Source: Bacillota bacterium (lineage in GTDB: Bacteria > Bacillota > Clostridia > Lachnospirales > Lachnospiraceae). From it: DNA of 64,000 bases. A program made the translations under genes and the position numbers. Below the pieces are notes generated by a model that was not told the origin of the DNA, made no database searches, and saw only the letters and a program-made list of their open reading frames with translations. The stretch lies in assembly GCA_023411555.1 (NCBI GenBank), contig JAEYOQ010000008.1, forward strand, positions 27,550-91,549. The letters are read 5' to 3'. Of this stretch, positions 16,431 through 28,288 are shown piece by piece; positions within the stretch are counted from its first letter, which is position 1; each line of letters begins with the position of its first letter.

Positions 16431-18812
16431 TTATTCCTTCAAAACGGACAGCTCGGAATTAAGAGTTACTTTGTTACCGGCTTCCATATTCAATACAATG
16501 CTCCTATCCTTATACTTCACCTTAATTCTTCCATCTGCTCTAGGTAGTAAGGACGCCTTTATTAATCTATCCTCCTGCCAGTATAGGTCTACTTCGATAT
16601 TCCCTCTCGCCATCAGACCGGTCACATGCCCCTGCTTCCATTCCTCCGGAAGAGCAGGCAGTAAGGATAGAAAGCCCTCATGAGATTGCAGCAGCATCTC
16701 AGCAATTCCGGCTGTAACGCCGAAATTACCATCAATCTGGAAGGGAGGATGAGCATCAAAGAGATTATCATAGGTTCCTCCCTGTCTGCTACGGAAAGTA
16801 TCACCTACTGGCTTCAGCTGACGCTTAATCAGCTTCAAGGCATGATCACCATCTCGTAGGCGGGCCCATTGATTAACCTTCCAGCCCAGACTCCATCCAG
16901 TACCTTCATCTCCACGGTTCGTCAATGTTACCCTGCAAGCCTCCATTAGCTTAGGTGTCTTATCATAGGTGAATTCTCCGGCGGGATGAAGACCATAAAG
17001 AAGTGATACATGGCGATGCTTAGGGTCATGCTCCTCATATTCCCTATCCCATTCGAGTAACTGACCCTGACTTCCAATTTCAGGCGGAAGAAGTCTCGAG
17101 AGAGCTTCCTTCAGATCCTCCTTCAGCCCGTCCTCGTCATCAACAAGCGCCATTGCAGTAATACAATTCGTAAACAATTCCCTTAGAATACTCATCGTCA
17201 TCGTTGTTGTAGCAGAAAGAGCACATTTTTCCCCATGAATCAGATACTCATTCTCCGGGGAGGTAGACGGACAAGCCCATAGATATCCCTGGTCATTCTC
17301 TGTCAGGATATCAAGTCCAAACAAACATGCCTCCTTAAGAATTGGTAACGCTTCTCTTCTTAGATATTCCCGATCCTGTGTGAATTCATATTGCTCATAT
17401 AGATGTCTGCATAACCAGGCTGCTCCCAATGGCCAAAAGCCCCAGGCTCCAGCACCTCTTTCTCCCCGAGGACCAACCGGAGTAGTGATTCTCCATAGGT
17501 CAACATTATGATGAGCCGTAAAACCTCTGGCATCATAATAGCATTTTGCGGTCTTTCTACCACTGATACTGAGATCCTTTACCAGCTGCAACAAGGGCTC
17601 ATTCATTTCCGCAAGATTGCAGGTAAAGGCAGGCCAATAATTCATCTCTGTATTTATATTAGTGGTGAAATTCGAGCTCCAGGGTGCACGTAGCTTATCA
17701 TTCCAGATTCCCTGTAGATTGGCCGGCTGAGTCCCCGGTCTGGAGCTTGAGATTAACAGATATCTACCGTATTGAAACAGTAACGGAATTATCCCTTTCT
17801 CCTGACCATCTTGTTCAAATTCCCTAAGCCGCAGGTCTGTAGGTACATCATGCATGCTGGCTCCTTCAAGGGAAAAGCTTACTCTGTCATAGAATGCTCG
17901 ATAATCTGATATATGTCTGTTCTTAAGCTCCTCATAGGGTCTTGCCGCCAGCTTCTTCCACAACTCTTTACAACAAATATCCGTCTCCTTGCCCTCCAGA
18001 TATGGATGCTTGTCAAAGCCTTGGAAGCTTGTCTTAACAGTAAAATATAGCGTTACTTCCGACGCACCTAACAGCTTTAGACAATCCTCCTCCCTAGTGA
18101 TACACCCTTCTGTATGCTTAAGTCCTGCGATAGCATAAAACCGAATTCCCCGTTCCTCGTCCTTTTCACTATATACAATCGGATTATCGCAATCTACATA
18201 ATTCGGTACCGCCTGTCCCGGACACTCTCCTTGAAGCACCAGGGATGTCTCTCCAACCGTCACCTTACTTCTTAATTCACTCTTAAACCTTAGCGTAAGA
18301 TTAATCTGCTTTTCCTTAGAGGCTGTAATTCTAAGCACAAATCCATCATCCGGCGCAGATACAAAGGCCTCTCGCATATACTCCACACCAGAACTGGAAT
18401 AAGCGGTTGTACAGATTGCATTGGTTATATCTAGCCTTCTTACATAATTTTCGACTATAGGGGAATGGTCCATAATTAACTCAATATCACCAAGTGGCAT
18501 ATAAGATTGCCCCCAGGTCCCAAGAACCTTATCCTCGATTAGCTCCTGTGCCTCTTTCATTCTACCGGATAGGCAGAGTTCTTTTGCCTCCTTGATATAA
18601 TCCCCTGCGCTCTCATCTACCGTATCTCTTGGGTAACCGGACCATAAGGTATCCTCGTTCAGGCAGATTCGCTCCTTCATAGTTCCCCCGTAGACCATTG
18701 CTCCTATCCTGCCATTGCCCAGGGGTAAGGCCTGTGTCCAAGACTCGGCCGGTTGTTTATACCATAACAAAAAGTCTTTTGATCGATTATTCATGATTGT
18801 GTTATTCCTCAT
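16431..18812 (-). CDS. Alpha-L-fucosidase, GH95
   Basis: LWYKQPAESWTQALPLGNGRIGAMVYGG...ERICLNEDTLWSG is the typical GH95 N-terminus, and the 793-aa size fits. Confidence 0.9.
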   Translation of the reverse strand: MRNNTIMNNRSKDFLLWYKQPAESWTQALPLGNGRIGAMVYGGTMKERICLNEDTLWSGYPRDTVDESAGDYIKEAKELCLSGRMKEAQELIEDKVLGTWGQSYMPLGDIELIMDHSPIVENYVRRLDITNAICTTAYSSSGVEYMREAFVSAPDDGFVLRITASKEKQINLTLRFKSELRSKVTVGETSLVLQGECPGQAVPNYVDCDNPIVYSEKDEERGIRFYAIAGLKHTEGCITREEDCLKLLGASEVTLYFTVKTSFQGFDKHPYLEGKETDICCKELWKKLAARPYEELKNRHISDYRAFYDRVSFSLEGASMHDVPTDLRLREFEQDGQEKGIIPLLFQYGRYLLISSSRPGTQPANLQGIWNDKLRAPWSSNFTTNINTEMNYWPAFTCNLAEMNEPLLQLVKDLSISGRKTAKCYYDARGFTAHHNVDLWRITTPVGPRGERGAGAWGFWPLGAAWLCRHLYEQYEFTQDREYLRREALPILKEACLFGLDILTENDQGYLWACPSTSPENEYLIHGEKCALSATTTMTMSILRELFTNCITAMALVDDEDGLKEDLKEALSRLLPPEIGSQGQLLEWDREYEEHDPKHRHVSLLYGLHPAGEFTYDKTPKLMEACRVTLTNRGDEGTGWSLGWKVNQWARLRDGDHALKLIKRQLKPVGDTFRSRQGGTYDNLFDAHPPFQIDGNFGVTAGIAEMLLQSHEGFLSLLPALPEEWKQGHVTGLMARGNIEVDLYWQEDRLIKASLLPRADGRIKVKYKDRSIVLNMEAGNKVTLNSELSVLKE

Positions 18813-18840
18813 TATATAATTTTATAATTCATTATTATGG

Positions 18841-19512
18841 CTAGAGTGTCTTTAACAGCTCAAGTGCAGCTCCTTCTCTCAGAGCCTTTACAAAGTCTAC
18901 GCTTGTGTTGATTTCATGTCCGAATACCATTCCGCCTCTTGCCTGATCCCCCAGCTGATGAAAATCCGAGCCTGAGCTCATGAATAAGGAATGCTTTTTC
19001 GCATAAGCCAATGCCAAATCGTTATGTGAATCATGTCTAGGGTTGCCATTATAGATTTCTATTCCGTGAATATACTGGGGCTCTGCTACAACCATATGCT
19101 TTCGGTAGGGATGAGCCTGAACAATAAGAATTTCCTCCTGGTCGATGAGCTTCTTAAATTCCTTCAACCCTAAGGCATATAATTCCTTATGCTCCCTAAT
19201 GAATTGTTCCGTTATACCGTAAACCAGATAATCACTAGGATTCTCCGTAAAACGGATTTCGAGTCCTAAGAACACCTTTAACCCCTGCTTATTTCCTTCT
19301 TCTCTGGCATGATAATAGCCGCCTAGAAATCGATCAATCTTCTTATCCCAGGATAATCCCGTCAATTTGTCAAAATAGGAATCAAAATAATGATCAGTAA
19401 CAATAACCCCCTGATAACCCAGCTCTTTATATAACCGGACCATCTCTCTCGCCTCTACTTCACCACAGACGCTCGTCTCTGAGGTATGAACATGTGTGTC
19501 AATTTTAAACAT
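18841..19512 (-). CDS. PHP-domain (polymerase/histidinol phosphatase-like) metal-dependent phosphoesterase
   Basis: MFKIDTHVHTSETSVCG... The GGAGAGGAG SD favours ATG 19512 over the GTG at 19539. Confidence 0.82.
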   Translation of the reverse strand: MFKIDTHVHTSETSVCGEVEAREMVRLYKELGYQGVIVTDHYFDSYFDKLTGLSWDKKIDRFLGGYYHAREEGNKQGLKVFLGLEIRFTENPSDYLVYGITEQFIREHKELYALGLKEFKKLIDQEEILIVQAHPYRKHMVVAEPQYIHGIEIYNGNPRHDSHNDLALAYAKKHSLFMSSGSDFHQLGDQARGGMVFGHEINTSVDFVKALREGAALELLKTL

Positions 19513-19642
19513 TACGCGTCTCCTCTCCAATGTAATCACATTTTATAATACCAATCTATGCTCTCCCCCGCAAGATAAATTGATAAATCATATCACTTGT
19601 CATGTGTGATTACAATTAATCTATAAACTTACATGTCAAATC

Positions 19643-19677
19643 GGGGATCTTGCAGACTATCCGATTGCAAAATCCCC
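19643..19677 (-). terminator. Intrinsic terminator after the chemoreceptor gene
   Basis: Minus strand reads GGGGAUUUUGCA-loop-UGCAAGAUCCCC, a 12-bp stem with one G-U; the U-tract is weak. Confidence 0.5.
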
Positions 19678-19688
19678 TCATTGCTTTT

Positions 19689-21806
19689 TTATTCTATCTT
19701 AAATACACTAACTGATTCCTCTAGTACAGTTGCATCGTCACTCAGCTGTTGCACAACATCATTCAATCTATGAACCTCTTCCAGCTGTTTGTCTGCAGTG
19801 ACACTTAGCTGTTCAGCAGCCGCCGCCGTCTCCTCTGCAGTCGCAGAAATACTTTCGATTGCCCTTAAGGTATCATCCTTAGCATGTTCTATTCCTTCCA
19901 CACCGTATGCAATTTGATTTAAGTTGTCTGTCAAATTCTCTACATGCTTATTGATATCGGTGAAGGCGTTTACTGTCTTGACTAAGGCCTCCTCTTGGGA
20001 TAATACTATACTTTCCGCATATCTGGCCGAATGAACCGTCTTCGTAGTCTGCTCCTCAATTCTTTGAATTATTTTACCGATCTCCCCAGAAGCAATGAGT
20101 GATTGGTCTGCCAGCTTTCTTATCTCTTCCGCTACCACCGAGAAGCCTCTTCCATATTGGCCTGCCCTGGCTGCTTCAATAGAGGCATTCAAGGAAAGAA
20201 GATTGGTCTGTGATGCAATATCATTGATGGTACTAATGATACCTGCTATTGCTGCCGATTCCTTCGCAAGGCTTTCGATATCGATGATTACGGTTCGGGT
20301 CACATCTGTAGTATCCTTCGCCTTATGACTTAGGTCCTCTACAATATCCATCCCGTCGCCTACAATATCCTTCGTATTGTTTGCTATCTGTTCGATATCG
20401 TGGGTTCTGCCATATAATTCATTAATCTTCTCTGCCAGATCAGCCATCTGATGAAGGCAGTTTTCCGCATCAACAGCCTGCTGTGATACGCCCTGCTCAA
20501 TATCGCCAACCGCATCCGATATGTTCTTTGTTGCATTTACCAGTATTGTCGAGCTGTCCGATACAACCGAGGCAGATTGGGATACTGTTTTACTAGTACC
20601 CGCCATTTTTCGAATTAGCTTCAGCATACCGTCAATTACATCATTAATGCTCTTACTAAGGATGCTAAACTCATCCTTACGTTTAATCTTCGTATAACAG
20701 GTAAGATCACCGGCTTCTGTCTTTTGCAAAACACCATTTATCTTATAAATGGAATCGCTAAATCCAAAGGCCATATAAGAACCTAAGGCGATTGCAATAA
20801 TACTTGCTATAATAACTACTATAAGCGTAATATTCTGTACTGCATTGGCTTCTGCCACGATTACCGATTTCGGAATGATCGCACATAGTAAGCTATTACT
20901 GGATTCCAGCTTAGAGTATACAAACAAATACTCTTTATCTAAGACTTTGATATATTCATGTCCTTCAGCAACCGCTGCATCCTCTAAAGACTTTGCGTAA
21001 TAGCTCTGCTCGGTGAATTGATAACCCTCTGGCAGCTCACCATGTACAATCTCTCTACCATCTCCACTAATAAATGCAGTGATACTGCCTTCCGGAAAGC
21101 CGCTTTCCGCTAAGGTATTGTACACATAATCATAGGATACATCAAGAACAATGCATCCGATGGGTTTTTTACCGGCATTATATAGATACCTAAGATAGCT
21201 GATCGCATAGCCTTTATTCGTTGTCATTGATTGCTGATCAAGATAGGGATGAGTACCAATCCATTGCTCATTAAGGTTACTTTGCACAAAATCGGCACCC
21301 TCTCCCTCCGCAATAAAGTTATCATAGATTAGGCGAGTGCTGTTCGTCCCATTTCCGGAGATACCGGTTCCGTAATTAGACAATAGATAGATGTTTGAGA
21401 TATATTCCTCCGATAAGATATTGATTGTTACAGAGGATTGTACCTCGCGAAATCGACTCATCTCATCCATCTGATTCTTCTTATACTGACCGGAATAATA
21501 ATTCTTTAATACCTCATCGGAATTCAGTATCTCAGCCTTCGAGGCCACAATCTCAAAGCCAAAATCCAGATACTTTGCTATATTGGCCATGTTCGACATC
21601 GTTGAGCTTTCATAGCTTTCGATCAACCCCTTCGAGGATCTGGAATACGATAAAACACCCAGAATTATTATAAGAAGCACAGGAACTAGGAAGGCTAATA
21701 TTAATTTGGTCCTGATACTATTCAAACCCTGAAGCAGTTTCATAGAACCCCTCTTCCTATCTTCCTCTTTCGTTTTCTTGATGAACTTAGTAAAAGATTT
21801 CCCCAC
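19689..21806 (-). CDS. Methyl-accepting chemotaxis protein (Cache-like periplasmic domain, HAMP, MCP signalling domain)
   Basis: [35 protein letters not shown] signalling hairpin. The track start is 21848 (GTG); AGGAGG-N7-GTG favours 21806, with ATG 21812 as an alternative. Confidence 0.9.
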   Translation of the reverse strand: MGKSFTKFIKKTKEEDRKRGSMKLLQGLNSIRTKLILAFLVPVLLIIILGVLSYSRSSKGLIESYESSTMSNMANIAKYLDFGFEIVASKAEILNSDEVLKNYYSGQYKKNQMDEMSRFREVQSSVTINILSEEYISNIYLLSNYGTGISGNGTNSTRLIYDNFIAEGEGADFVQSNLNEQWIGTHPYLDQQSMTTNKGYAISYLRYLYNAGKKPIGCIVLDVSYDYVYNTLAESGFPEGSITAFISGDGREIVHGELPEGYQFTEQSYYAKSLEDAAVAEGHEYIKVLDKEYLFVYSKLESSNSLLCAIIPKSVIVAEANAVQNITLIVVIIASIIAIALGSYMAFGFSDSIYKINGVLQKTEAGDLTCYTKIKRKDEFSILSKSINDVIDGMLKLIRKMAGTSKTVSQSASVVSDSSTILVNATKNISDAVGDIEQGVSQQAVDAENCLHQMADLAEKINELYGRTHDIEQIANNTKDIVGDGMDIVEDLSHKAKDTTDVTRTVIIDIESLAKESAAIAGIISTINDIASQTNLLSLNASIEAARAGQYGRGFSVVAEEIRKLADQSLIASGEIGKIIQRIEEQTTKTVHSARYAESIVLSQEEALVKTVNAFTDINKHVENLTDNLNQIAYGVEGIEHAKDDTLRAIESISATAEETAAAAEQLSVTADKQLEEVHRLNDVVQQLSDDATVLEESVSVFKIE

Positions 21807-21902
21807 AATCATTCCTCCTATGTGCATCCATCGTCCGACTTCGAACACACTTCTCTTTTCGGCTTTCAGTAGATCCCCACTTTTTCCTTGAAATAACCTC
21901 TA

Positions 21903-23408
21903 TTAAATTGTACCGTCCCAGGTAGATACCTTTGTTTTCTTCATTTCTTCTTCATCAAACCATCTGGTGGTTACACATTTGCTTTCTGTATAGAACCGGA
22001 TACCATCCTTACCCAGACAGTGGAGGTCTCCAAAGAAGGAATCCTTATGGCCTGAGAAAGGAAATACACCAATCGGAACCGGAATACCTACATTGATACC
22101 AACCATACCTCCATCGGTCCTTGCAGCAAATTCTCTTGCATAATAGCCGTTCTGGGTAAAGATTACAGAACCGTTTGCAAAGGGATTATTATTCATCAGC
22201 TCTAGCCCTTCTTCAAAGCTCTTTACACGCTTGATGCATAATACCGGTCCAAAGATCTCCTGTGAGCCGACTGTCATCTCTTCTGTTACATCATCAAATA
22301 TAGTCGGTGCCAGATAGAATCCGTTCTCATAGCCTTCCACAACCGCATTTCTGCCATCCAGTACTAGCTTAGCCCCTTCGTCGATGCCCTTCTGGATCCA
22401 GTTCAAGATGCTTTGCTTATGCTTCTGGTCTACCACAGGTCCCAGTGTAGATGTCTTATCATAGGCCGGTCCCAGCTTTAAATCCTTAGCCAGCTCTACA
22501 AGCTTTGCTACCAGTTCATCTGCTATCTCTTCCTCAGCTACAACCACCGGTAATGCCATACAACGCTCACCTGCACAGCCAAAAGCGGAATTGATGATTC
22601 CTGCTGCTGTACGATCGATGGGTGCATCCTTTAGTACAAGGGCATGGTTCTTTGCCTCACATAAGGCCTGAACTCTCTTGCCATGGGCCGCTGCTACACT
22701 ATAGATATGCTTTCCTACTGAAGTTGAGCCTACAAAAGAAATTCCTTTTATATCCGGGTGGGTTAAAAAGATTTCCGCTTCATTACGACTACAGGTTATG
22801 ATATTAAGAACTCCGTCCGGGAGTCCTGCTTCTTGGTATAGCTCAGCAAAGCGTAGTGCTGTTCTTGGTGTGGAGCTGGAAACCTTCAAAACTATGGTAT
22901 TACCAGCGGCAATACACATAGGTGCCATCCAGCCCATCGGTATCATTGCAGGAAAGTTAAAAGGAACGATGCCCGCAAAAACTCCGATGGATTCACGATA
23001 TAGTACCGTATCAAAACCGCTGGAAGCGTTCATCATAGCTTCTCCGAGAATTAGACTGGGGGCTGAGCAAGCCAACTCCGTTCCTTCCTTCGCCTTAAGA
23101 ACATCTCCTGCTGCCTCGTCCCATACCTTACCATGCTCCTGAGCTACCAGATAAGTGAGTTCCTCCATATGCTCATCAATCAGATTACGGAGCTTATATA
23201 ATACCTGAACACGTTTAGCAATCGGCACCTTAGACCAGCTTTGGTAAGCCTTCTTTGCAATCTGAATAACCTCCTCTGTCTCCTCTGCGGTACAACAGGG
23301 AACCTGAGCAGTCACCTCACCGGTACTCGGATTGTAAACATCATTGTACTTTTCTGTTTTTGATTCTACGAACTTGCCGCCTGCATAATATTTTAGCTTT
23401 TCCATCAT
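21903..23408 (-). CDS. iolA: Methylmalonate-semialdehyde/malonate-semialdehyde dehydrogenase (CoA-acylating)
   Basis: Aldehyde dehydrogenase family, with N-terminus KLKYYAGGKFVESKTEKYNDVYNPSTGEV; lies in the iol cluster. Confidence 0.9.
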   Translation of the reverse strand: MMEKLKYYAGGKFVESKTEKYNDVYNPSTGEVTAQVPCCTAEETEEVIQIAKKAYQSWSKVPIAKRVQVLYKLRNLIDEHMEELTYLVAQEHGKVWDEAAGDVLKAKEGTELACSAPSLILGEAMMNASSGFDTVLYRESIGVFAGIVPFNFPAMIPMGWMAPMCIAAGNTIVLKVSSSTPRTALRFAELYQEAGLPDGVLNIITCSRNEAEIFLTHPDIKGISFVGSTSVGKHIYSVAAAHGKRVQALCEAKNHALVLKDAPIDRTAAGIINSAFGCAGERCMALPVVVAEEEIADELVAKLVELAKDLKLGPAYDKTSTLGPVVDQKHKQSILNWIQKGIDEGAKLVLDGRNAVVEGYENGFYLAPTIFDDVTEEMTVGSQEIFGPVLCIKRVKSFEEGLELMNNNPFANGSVIFTQNGYYAREFAARTDGGMVGINVGIPVPIGVFPFSGHKDSFFGDLHCLGKDGIRFYTESKCVTTRWFDEEEMKKTKVSTWDGTI

Positions 23409-23530
23409 CTCATCCTTTCATAGTCTCTAATCATAAATCCTCCCAGAGCAGTGTATCATATACTTCGTTCTACATTCATAGCTCTGCCATCGTAGCGATA
23501 CAATACACTGCCTGAGTTCCTTCATCTTGA

Positions 23531-24433
23531 TTAGATATTAATCATCGTTCTGATATATTCTCTTGCCTTTTTCGCATATACGAAGGGATTTGCTTTCGCC
23601 GGATCCTGTTCTGCCTCAACTAAAAGCCAACCCTCATAGCCGCTGCGCTCCAACTCTTCGAATACAGATTTGAAATCCACACAGCCGTCTCCTGGTACTG
23701 TAAAGGTACCTTCCCTCACCGATTTGAGGAAGGACCATCTTCCTTCGGTTGCTTTCTTAAGGACGTCGGGTCTGACATCCTTCAGATGAACATGACCAAT
23801 TCGATTCGGATATTTCTTCAATATGTGAAGCGGGTTCTCTCCAGAGAAGGTAAAATGTCCTGTATCATAGCAGAGGAATACATAATTCTCATCGGTATTA
23901 TCCATAAGCTTCTCTGTCTCTGCAATCGTCTGAACACCGGTACCCATATGGTGATGAAAGCACAGCTTGAAGCCACGGTCACGAGCAAGCTTTCCAAGCT
24001 TATTTAGCCCATCACATAATCTGGTCCAGTCCTCTGTCGTAAAATTCACCTTATTATCAAAGATGGATAATTCTTCATTTCCCTGAACGGAATAGCTTTG
24101 TTCTGAGACATTAATTCGGTTTGCTCCAACTGCCTCCAGATAATCCAGTTCCTTGATGAATTCCTTTTCTGTCTCCTCATAAGGTCTTGTAACCAGGAAG
24201 GATGAAAACCATTTACTTGCTATGCGCATTCCTCTGACTTCCAGAGCTTCTTTTAAAACCTTAGTATCCTTAGGATACTTGTTGCCAACCTCACAGCCGG
24301 TAAAACCAGCAAGTGCCATCTCGCTGATACATTGCTCAAAGGTATTCTCTCCTCCAAGAGCAGGCATGTCGTCATTGGTCCAACCGATCGGTGCTATTCC
24401 GAGTTTAATCTTATCCTTATTAAGCATCTTCAT
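23531..24433 (-). CDS. iolE: Myo-inosose-2 dehydratase
   Basis: KLGIAPIGWTNDDMPALGGENTFEQCISEMALAGFTGCEVG is a typical IolE N-terminus (xylose isomerase-like TIM barrel). Confidence 0.9.
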   Translation of the reverse strand: MKMLNKDKIKLGIAPIGWTNDDMPALGGENTFEQCISEMALAGFTGCEVGNKYPKDTKVLKEALEVRGMRIASKWFSSFLVTRPYEETEKEFIKELDYLEAVGANRINVSEQSYSVQGNEELSIFDNKVNFTTEDWTRLCDGLNKLGKLARDRGFKLCFHHHMGTGVQTIAETEKLMDNTDENYVFLCYDTGHFTFSGENPLHILKKYPNRIGHVHLKDVRPDVLKKATEGRWSFLKSVREGTFTVPGDGCVDFKSVFEELERSGYEGWLLVEAEQDPAKANPFVYAKKAREYIRTMINI

Positions 24434-24519
24434 TATCCTCCATAATCTATTTATGTAAGCTGATGTACAAGCTTTCTTTCGTAAAATGTTTGCTTCACAG
24501 ACCTAGTATGAAGCATGTA

Positions 24520-26451
24520 TTAATACTTTCTGGCATTCTTTAGATGGTCTCTTCTGTCGTTATAGGCTTCTTTGATCTTGGGATTGGTATCACTGTCACC
24601 TATACCGACATGCCACCATGACTCATAGCCATCGGTCATTGACTTGGGAAGCACCTTCATATCAATCAGTACGCTATTATTTGTCTCCTTTGCATCAATA
24701 AGAGCCTTTCTCAACTCCTCCTTTGTCTTAACAGAGTAGGTAGTCAATCCATAGCCCTTTCCGATCATGGCAAAATCGGTTACAATCAGACCACCGTCCT
24801 GTTTACCGGAGGTTTCGTTCCTATAACGGAAGGTAGTTGCCAGACTTCCGATTCCTTTCCCCATCTGGAGATTGTTGATACAGCCAAATCCACAATTATC
24901 AAAGAGTAATATGGTTATTTTCTTATTCTCCTGAAGTGCAGTAGTAAGCTCGGAGTGCATCATCATAAAGGAGCCGTCTCCTACCATGGAATAGCAGGCA
25001 CGTGAAGGCTCTGCAAGCTTCGCTCCAAGAGTTGCCGCAATCTCATAACCCATGCAGGAATAAGCGTACTCCATATGATAAGCATCCTTGGTGTCCGTGG
25101 TCCACATTCTCTGAAGGTCTCCCGGAAGACTGCCGGAAGCACCAACAATGATTGCATCCTCCTCAATCACTTCTCGGATAATACCAATGGCCTCTGTCTG
25201 TGTAAGTACTCCACCGGTCGCCTTGATAAATTCCTCCTCAATGCCCTCTTCCTTTGCCTTAATAAGGGACTGATAACCACTGGTGTAGGTGTTGCCGGTT
25301 AAAACTGTCATCTCCCGGTCCCAATACTCCTTCGCATCGGATATCTCATTCTGATAGGAGGAGTGATAAGCAGCCTTCTCCAGTTCTAGGGTTAACTCTT
25401 CGATTCCTCTCTTTGCATCTGCAACAATCGAATATCCATCCAGCTTCTGTGCATGATAGCTTGATACATTCAACAGAACAAAATCTACCTCAGGATTACG
25501 GAACAGCTCCTTGGAACCAGTAGTAAAATCCGTCAGTCTTGTTCCAATTCCGATCACAACATCGGCTCCGGCTGCCAAGATATTCGCTGAATAATTACCG
25601 GTTACTCCGACTCCACCAAGGTTTAGAGGATGAGAAGAGGCTATAGCACTCTTACCGGACTGTGTCTCCCCAAAGGGAATGTTGAATTTCTCACAAAACT
25701 CTGCAACTCTCTCCCCTGCTTCGGAATATCTGACACCGCCGCCTATGATAACAAAGGGCTTTTTCTTCTGACTGATCAGCTTGACCGCCTCTGATATCTC
25801 CTCTTCCTCTGGTCTGCGTCTATGTATTCTATGTACTCTTTTCTCGAAGAAGTAATCGGGATATTCATAGGCTTCTCCCTGAACATCCTGAGGAAGGCTG
25901 ATGCATACGCCGCCTGCCAGCTCCGGATCTGTAAGAACTCTCATCGCATTCAGTAAAGCCGTCATCAGCTGTTCCGGACGATATACCCGATCCCAGTATC
26001 TTGAGACCGGACGAAAAGCATCACTTGTTGTGATGGAAGCATCGTGGAACTGCTCAATCTGCTGAAGTACCGGATCCGGCTGTCTAGTAGCAAAGGTATC
26101 ACCGGTAAAGACCAGAAGTGGTACATTGTTTGCGGTAGCATCAGCTACTGCGGTTACCATATTAGCTGCACCCGGTCCAATCGACGAGGCACAGGCAATG
26201 ATCCTTCTTCGGTTACTCTGTTTTGCAAAGCCGGCAGCAACATGTGCCATACCCTGCTCATTTCTACCCTGATACACTTTTAGTTCATAGGGATTTTCCT
26301 CCAGTGCCTGACCTAATCCACAGACGATGCCATGTCCGAAGATGGTGAAGATACCATCTACAAACTTCTCCGTCTTTCCATCCAGGCTTACGTATTGATT
26401 ATCCAAAAACTTTACTATAGCTTGCCCAACCGTCATCTTCATAGAACCCAT
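24520..26451 (-). CDS. iolD: 3D-(3,5/4)-trihydroxycyclohexane-1,2-dione acylhydrolase (ThDP-dependent)
   Basis: [16 protein letters not shown]...[10 protein letters not shown]... ThDP enzyme architecture, 643 aa. Confidence 0.92.
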   Translation of the reverse strand: MGSMKMTVGQAIVKFLDNQYVSLDGKTEKFVDGIFTIFGHGIVCGLGQALEENPYELKVYQGRNEQGMAHVAAGFAKQSNRRRIIACASSIGPGAANMVTAVADATANNVPLLVFTGDTFATRQPDPVLQQIEQFHDASITTSDAFRPVSRYWDRVYRPEQLMTALLNAMRVLTDPELAGGVCISLPQDVQGEAYEYPDYFFEKRVHRIHRRRPEEEEISEAVKLISQKKKPFVIIGGGVRYSEAGERVAEFCEKFNIPFGETQSGKSAIASSHPLNLGGVGVTGNYSANILAAGADVVIGIGTRLTDFTTGSKELFRNPEVDFVLLNVSSYHAQKLDGYSIVADAKRGIEELTLELEKAAYHSSYQNEISDAKEYWDREMTVLTGNTYTSGYQSLIKAKEEGIEEEFIKATGGVLTQTEAIGIIREVIEEDAIIVGASGSLPGDLQRMWTTDTKDAYHMEYAYSCMGYEIAATLGAKLAEPSRACYSMVGDGSFMMMHSELTTALQENKKITILLFDNCGFGCINNLQMGKGIGSLATTFRYRNETSGKQDGGLIVTDFAMIGKGYGLTTYSVKTKEELRKALIDAKETNNSVLIDMKVLPKSMTDGYESWWHVGIGDSDTNPKIKEAYNDRRDHLKNARKY

Positions 26452-26462
26452 ATGCTCCTCCT

Positions 26463-27227
26463 TTACTCATTTAAAAGCCATTCATGTGCCGGATCATTAT
26501 CCCGTGTAGTCCAGGGATTATTCTCCAGATGTCGTATCATCCAACAATAATACATGTTATATCCGGGGGCTGAAACCTGCGGATGAGTTAAGCCTCCCTT
26601 AATTGCTGCCGCACAGCCATCTGTTACCTTATAAGCCGTATCACCGATAAAACATGCGCCGAAGCCCTGAGGTTTATCGAATTTGTAATAATACACCTCC
26701 GGTTGATCATGACTGTGAGGGATATAGCTGGACCATCTACCAGCCTTTGTAATTACCTCACCGAGTACCATATTAGAATATGGTGCCGTCTTATAATCAA
26801 AAATAGTAAGTACCTCACGCTTTGCAGTGCCCTCCCATTGATCGGCACCCATTAATTCTATCTTGCGATCCTCCGGTTCATAGAAACGGCCGGCAAAGCT
26901 TCTTTCATTATAAGTAGATTGAACCAATAGCTCCGTATCCATCTTTGGATACACAGCAACCTTCGTATTTCTACATACATGAAGACAATAAGGAGCCTGG
27001 GTAAATACGCTCTCACGGCTAGCTCTGTCAATTCTTGATTCCCAGTGAAATTCTACAGAACCTCCAAGCAATAAAAATGCTGTTTCCTTATCCTCCTCAC
27101 AAAACACATAGGTCTTTCCCTTTTTCAATTGATATACTGTAATATCCATCAGCATATCCTTATTGAACCCGTCAACTCTGGATACTACTTTTTTTCCTTC
27201 CGCATTAAAAGCCAGATAATTTAACAT
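26463..27227 (-). CDS. iolB: 5-deoxy-glucuronate isomerase
   Basis: 254-aa cupin-like protein located between iolC and iolD. Confidence 0.85.
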   Translation of the reverse strand: MLNYLAFNAEGKKVVSRVDGFNKDMLMDITVYQLKKGKTYVFCEEDKETAFLLLGGSVEFHWESRIDRASRESVFTQAPYCLHVCRNTKVAVYPKMDTELLVQSTYNERSFAGRFYEPEDRKIELMGADQWEGTAKREVLTIFDYKTAPYSNMVLGEVITKAGRWSSYIPHSHDQPEVYYYKFDKPQGFGACFIGDTAYKVTDGCAAAIKGGLTHPQVSAPGYNMYYCWMIRHLENNPWTTRDNDPAHEWLLNE

Positions 27228-27253
27228 GATTACCCCCGTTATCTAATAAAATA

Positions 27254-28282
27254 TCAATTCTCTTCACACATCATAGCAACTGTATCACCGTACTTCTCTT
27301 TGCTTTCCTTAATGAAGTCTTTAATCATATCTACTGATGGCATATCCTCAGAGCATGCATGACTGGCAACTAACAAGGCTGCCGAAGCACTTCCGAACTC
27401 CAGACAGTCGATGATTTCCCAACCCTCGAACAGACCATAGAGAAAGGCAGATGCATATCCGTCTCCGCCTCCAAAGGATTTGAGTAGCTTCACCGGAAAT
27501 GGCTTAATTCCGTAATGTTTGCCATCCTTGGTATAAGCAGTGGATCCCTCTTTACCATGCTTAATTACGACTATTTTAGCTCCCTGTCTATGCCAATATG
27601 CTGCTGTCTCTTTATCTGTCTCATAAGGTGCAACCAATCTCTGAGTTAGATCATACTCTTCTCTGGAACCAAGAATAATATCACTATTCGATGCTACTAT
27701 GGAATAATAGATTGCAATCTCATCCTCATTCTTCCAATTATAAGGGCGGTAATCAATATCAAAGATAATACCCGTATTATGCTTTTTCGCTAGCTGCATC
27801 GCCTTCAAAGCAGCCTCTCTGCTAGGACTTTCTGCCAATGCGGTTCCTGAGATCAAGATTGCTTTTGCATTCTTGATATATTCCTCATCCACGTCAGCTG
27901 TCTCTAACTTAAGATCCGCAGCCTCATTGCGATACATCAGTATGCTGCTCTGTGTCTCACTTAGTATCTCAGTAAAGGTCAATCCAAGCTTCTCACCATT
28001 CTTGCATCTACTGATGTGTGAAGTATCGATACCTTCCTTGGCAAAATAATTTGTTACAAAATCTCCAAACTGATCCTTGGACACCTTCGCGATAAAGCCA
28101 ACCTTTCTTCCCAGCCTCGCCATACCTACTGCAATATTGGCAGGTGAACCACCAAGATATTTCTTGAAGGTAGTGCTCTCTGCAAGTGGTTTGTAGTAAT
28201 CCACCGGATTAAAATCGATTGCTATTCTACCGATGAGTACTAAGTCAAAGGGTCTATCCTTAGCAAATTCTATGTATCCCAT
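27254..28282 (-). CDS. iolC: 5-dehydro-2-deoxygluconokinase (PfkB family)
   Basis: PfkB ribokinase-like motifs (GGSPANIAVG..., GGGDGYASAF) and iol context. Confidence 0.9.
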   Translation of the reverse strand: MGYIEFAKDRPFDLVLIGRIAIDFNPVDYYKPLAESTTFKKYLGGSPANIAVGMARLGRKVGFIAKVSKDQFGDFVTNYFAKEGIDTSHISRCKNGEKLGLTFTEILSETQSSILMYRNEAADLKLETADVDEEYIKNAKAILISGTALAESPSREAALKAMQLAKKHNTGIIFDIDYRPYNWKNEDEIAIYYSIVASNSDIILGSREEYDLTQRLVAPYETDKETAAYWHRQGAKIVVIKHGKEGSTAYTKDGKHYGIKPFPVKLLKSFGGGDGYASAFLYGLFEGWEIIDCLEFGSASAALLVASHACSEDMPSVDMIKDFIKESKEKYGDTVAMMCEEN

Positions 28283-28288
28283 AATATA

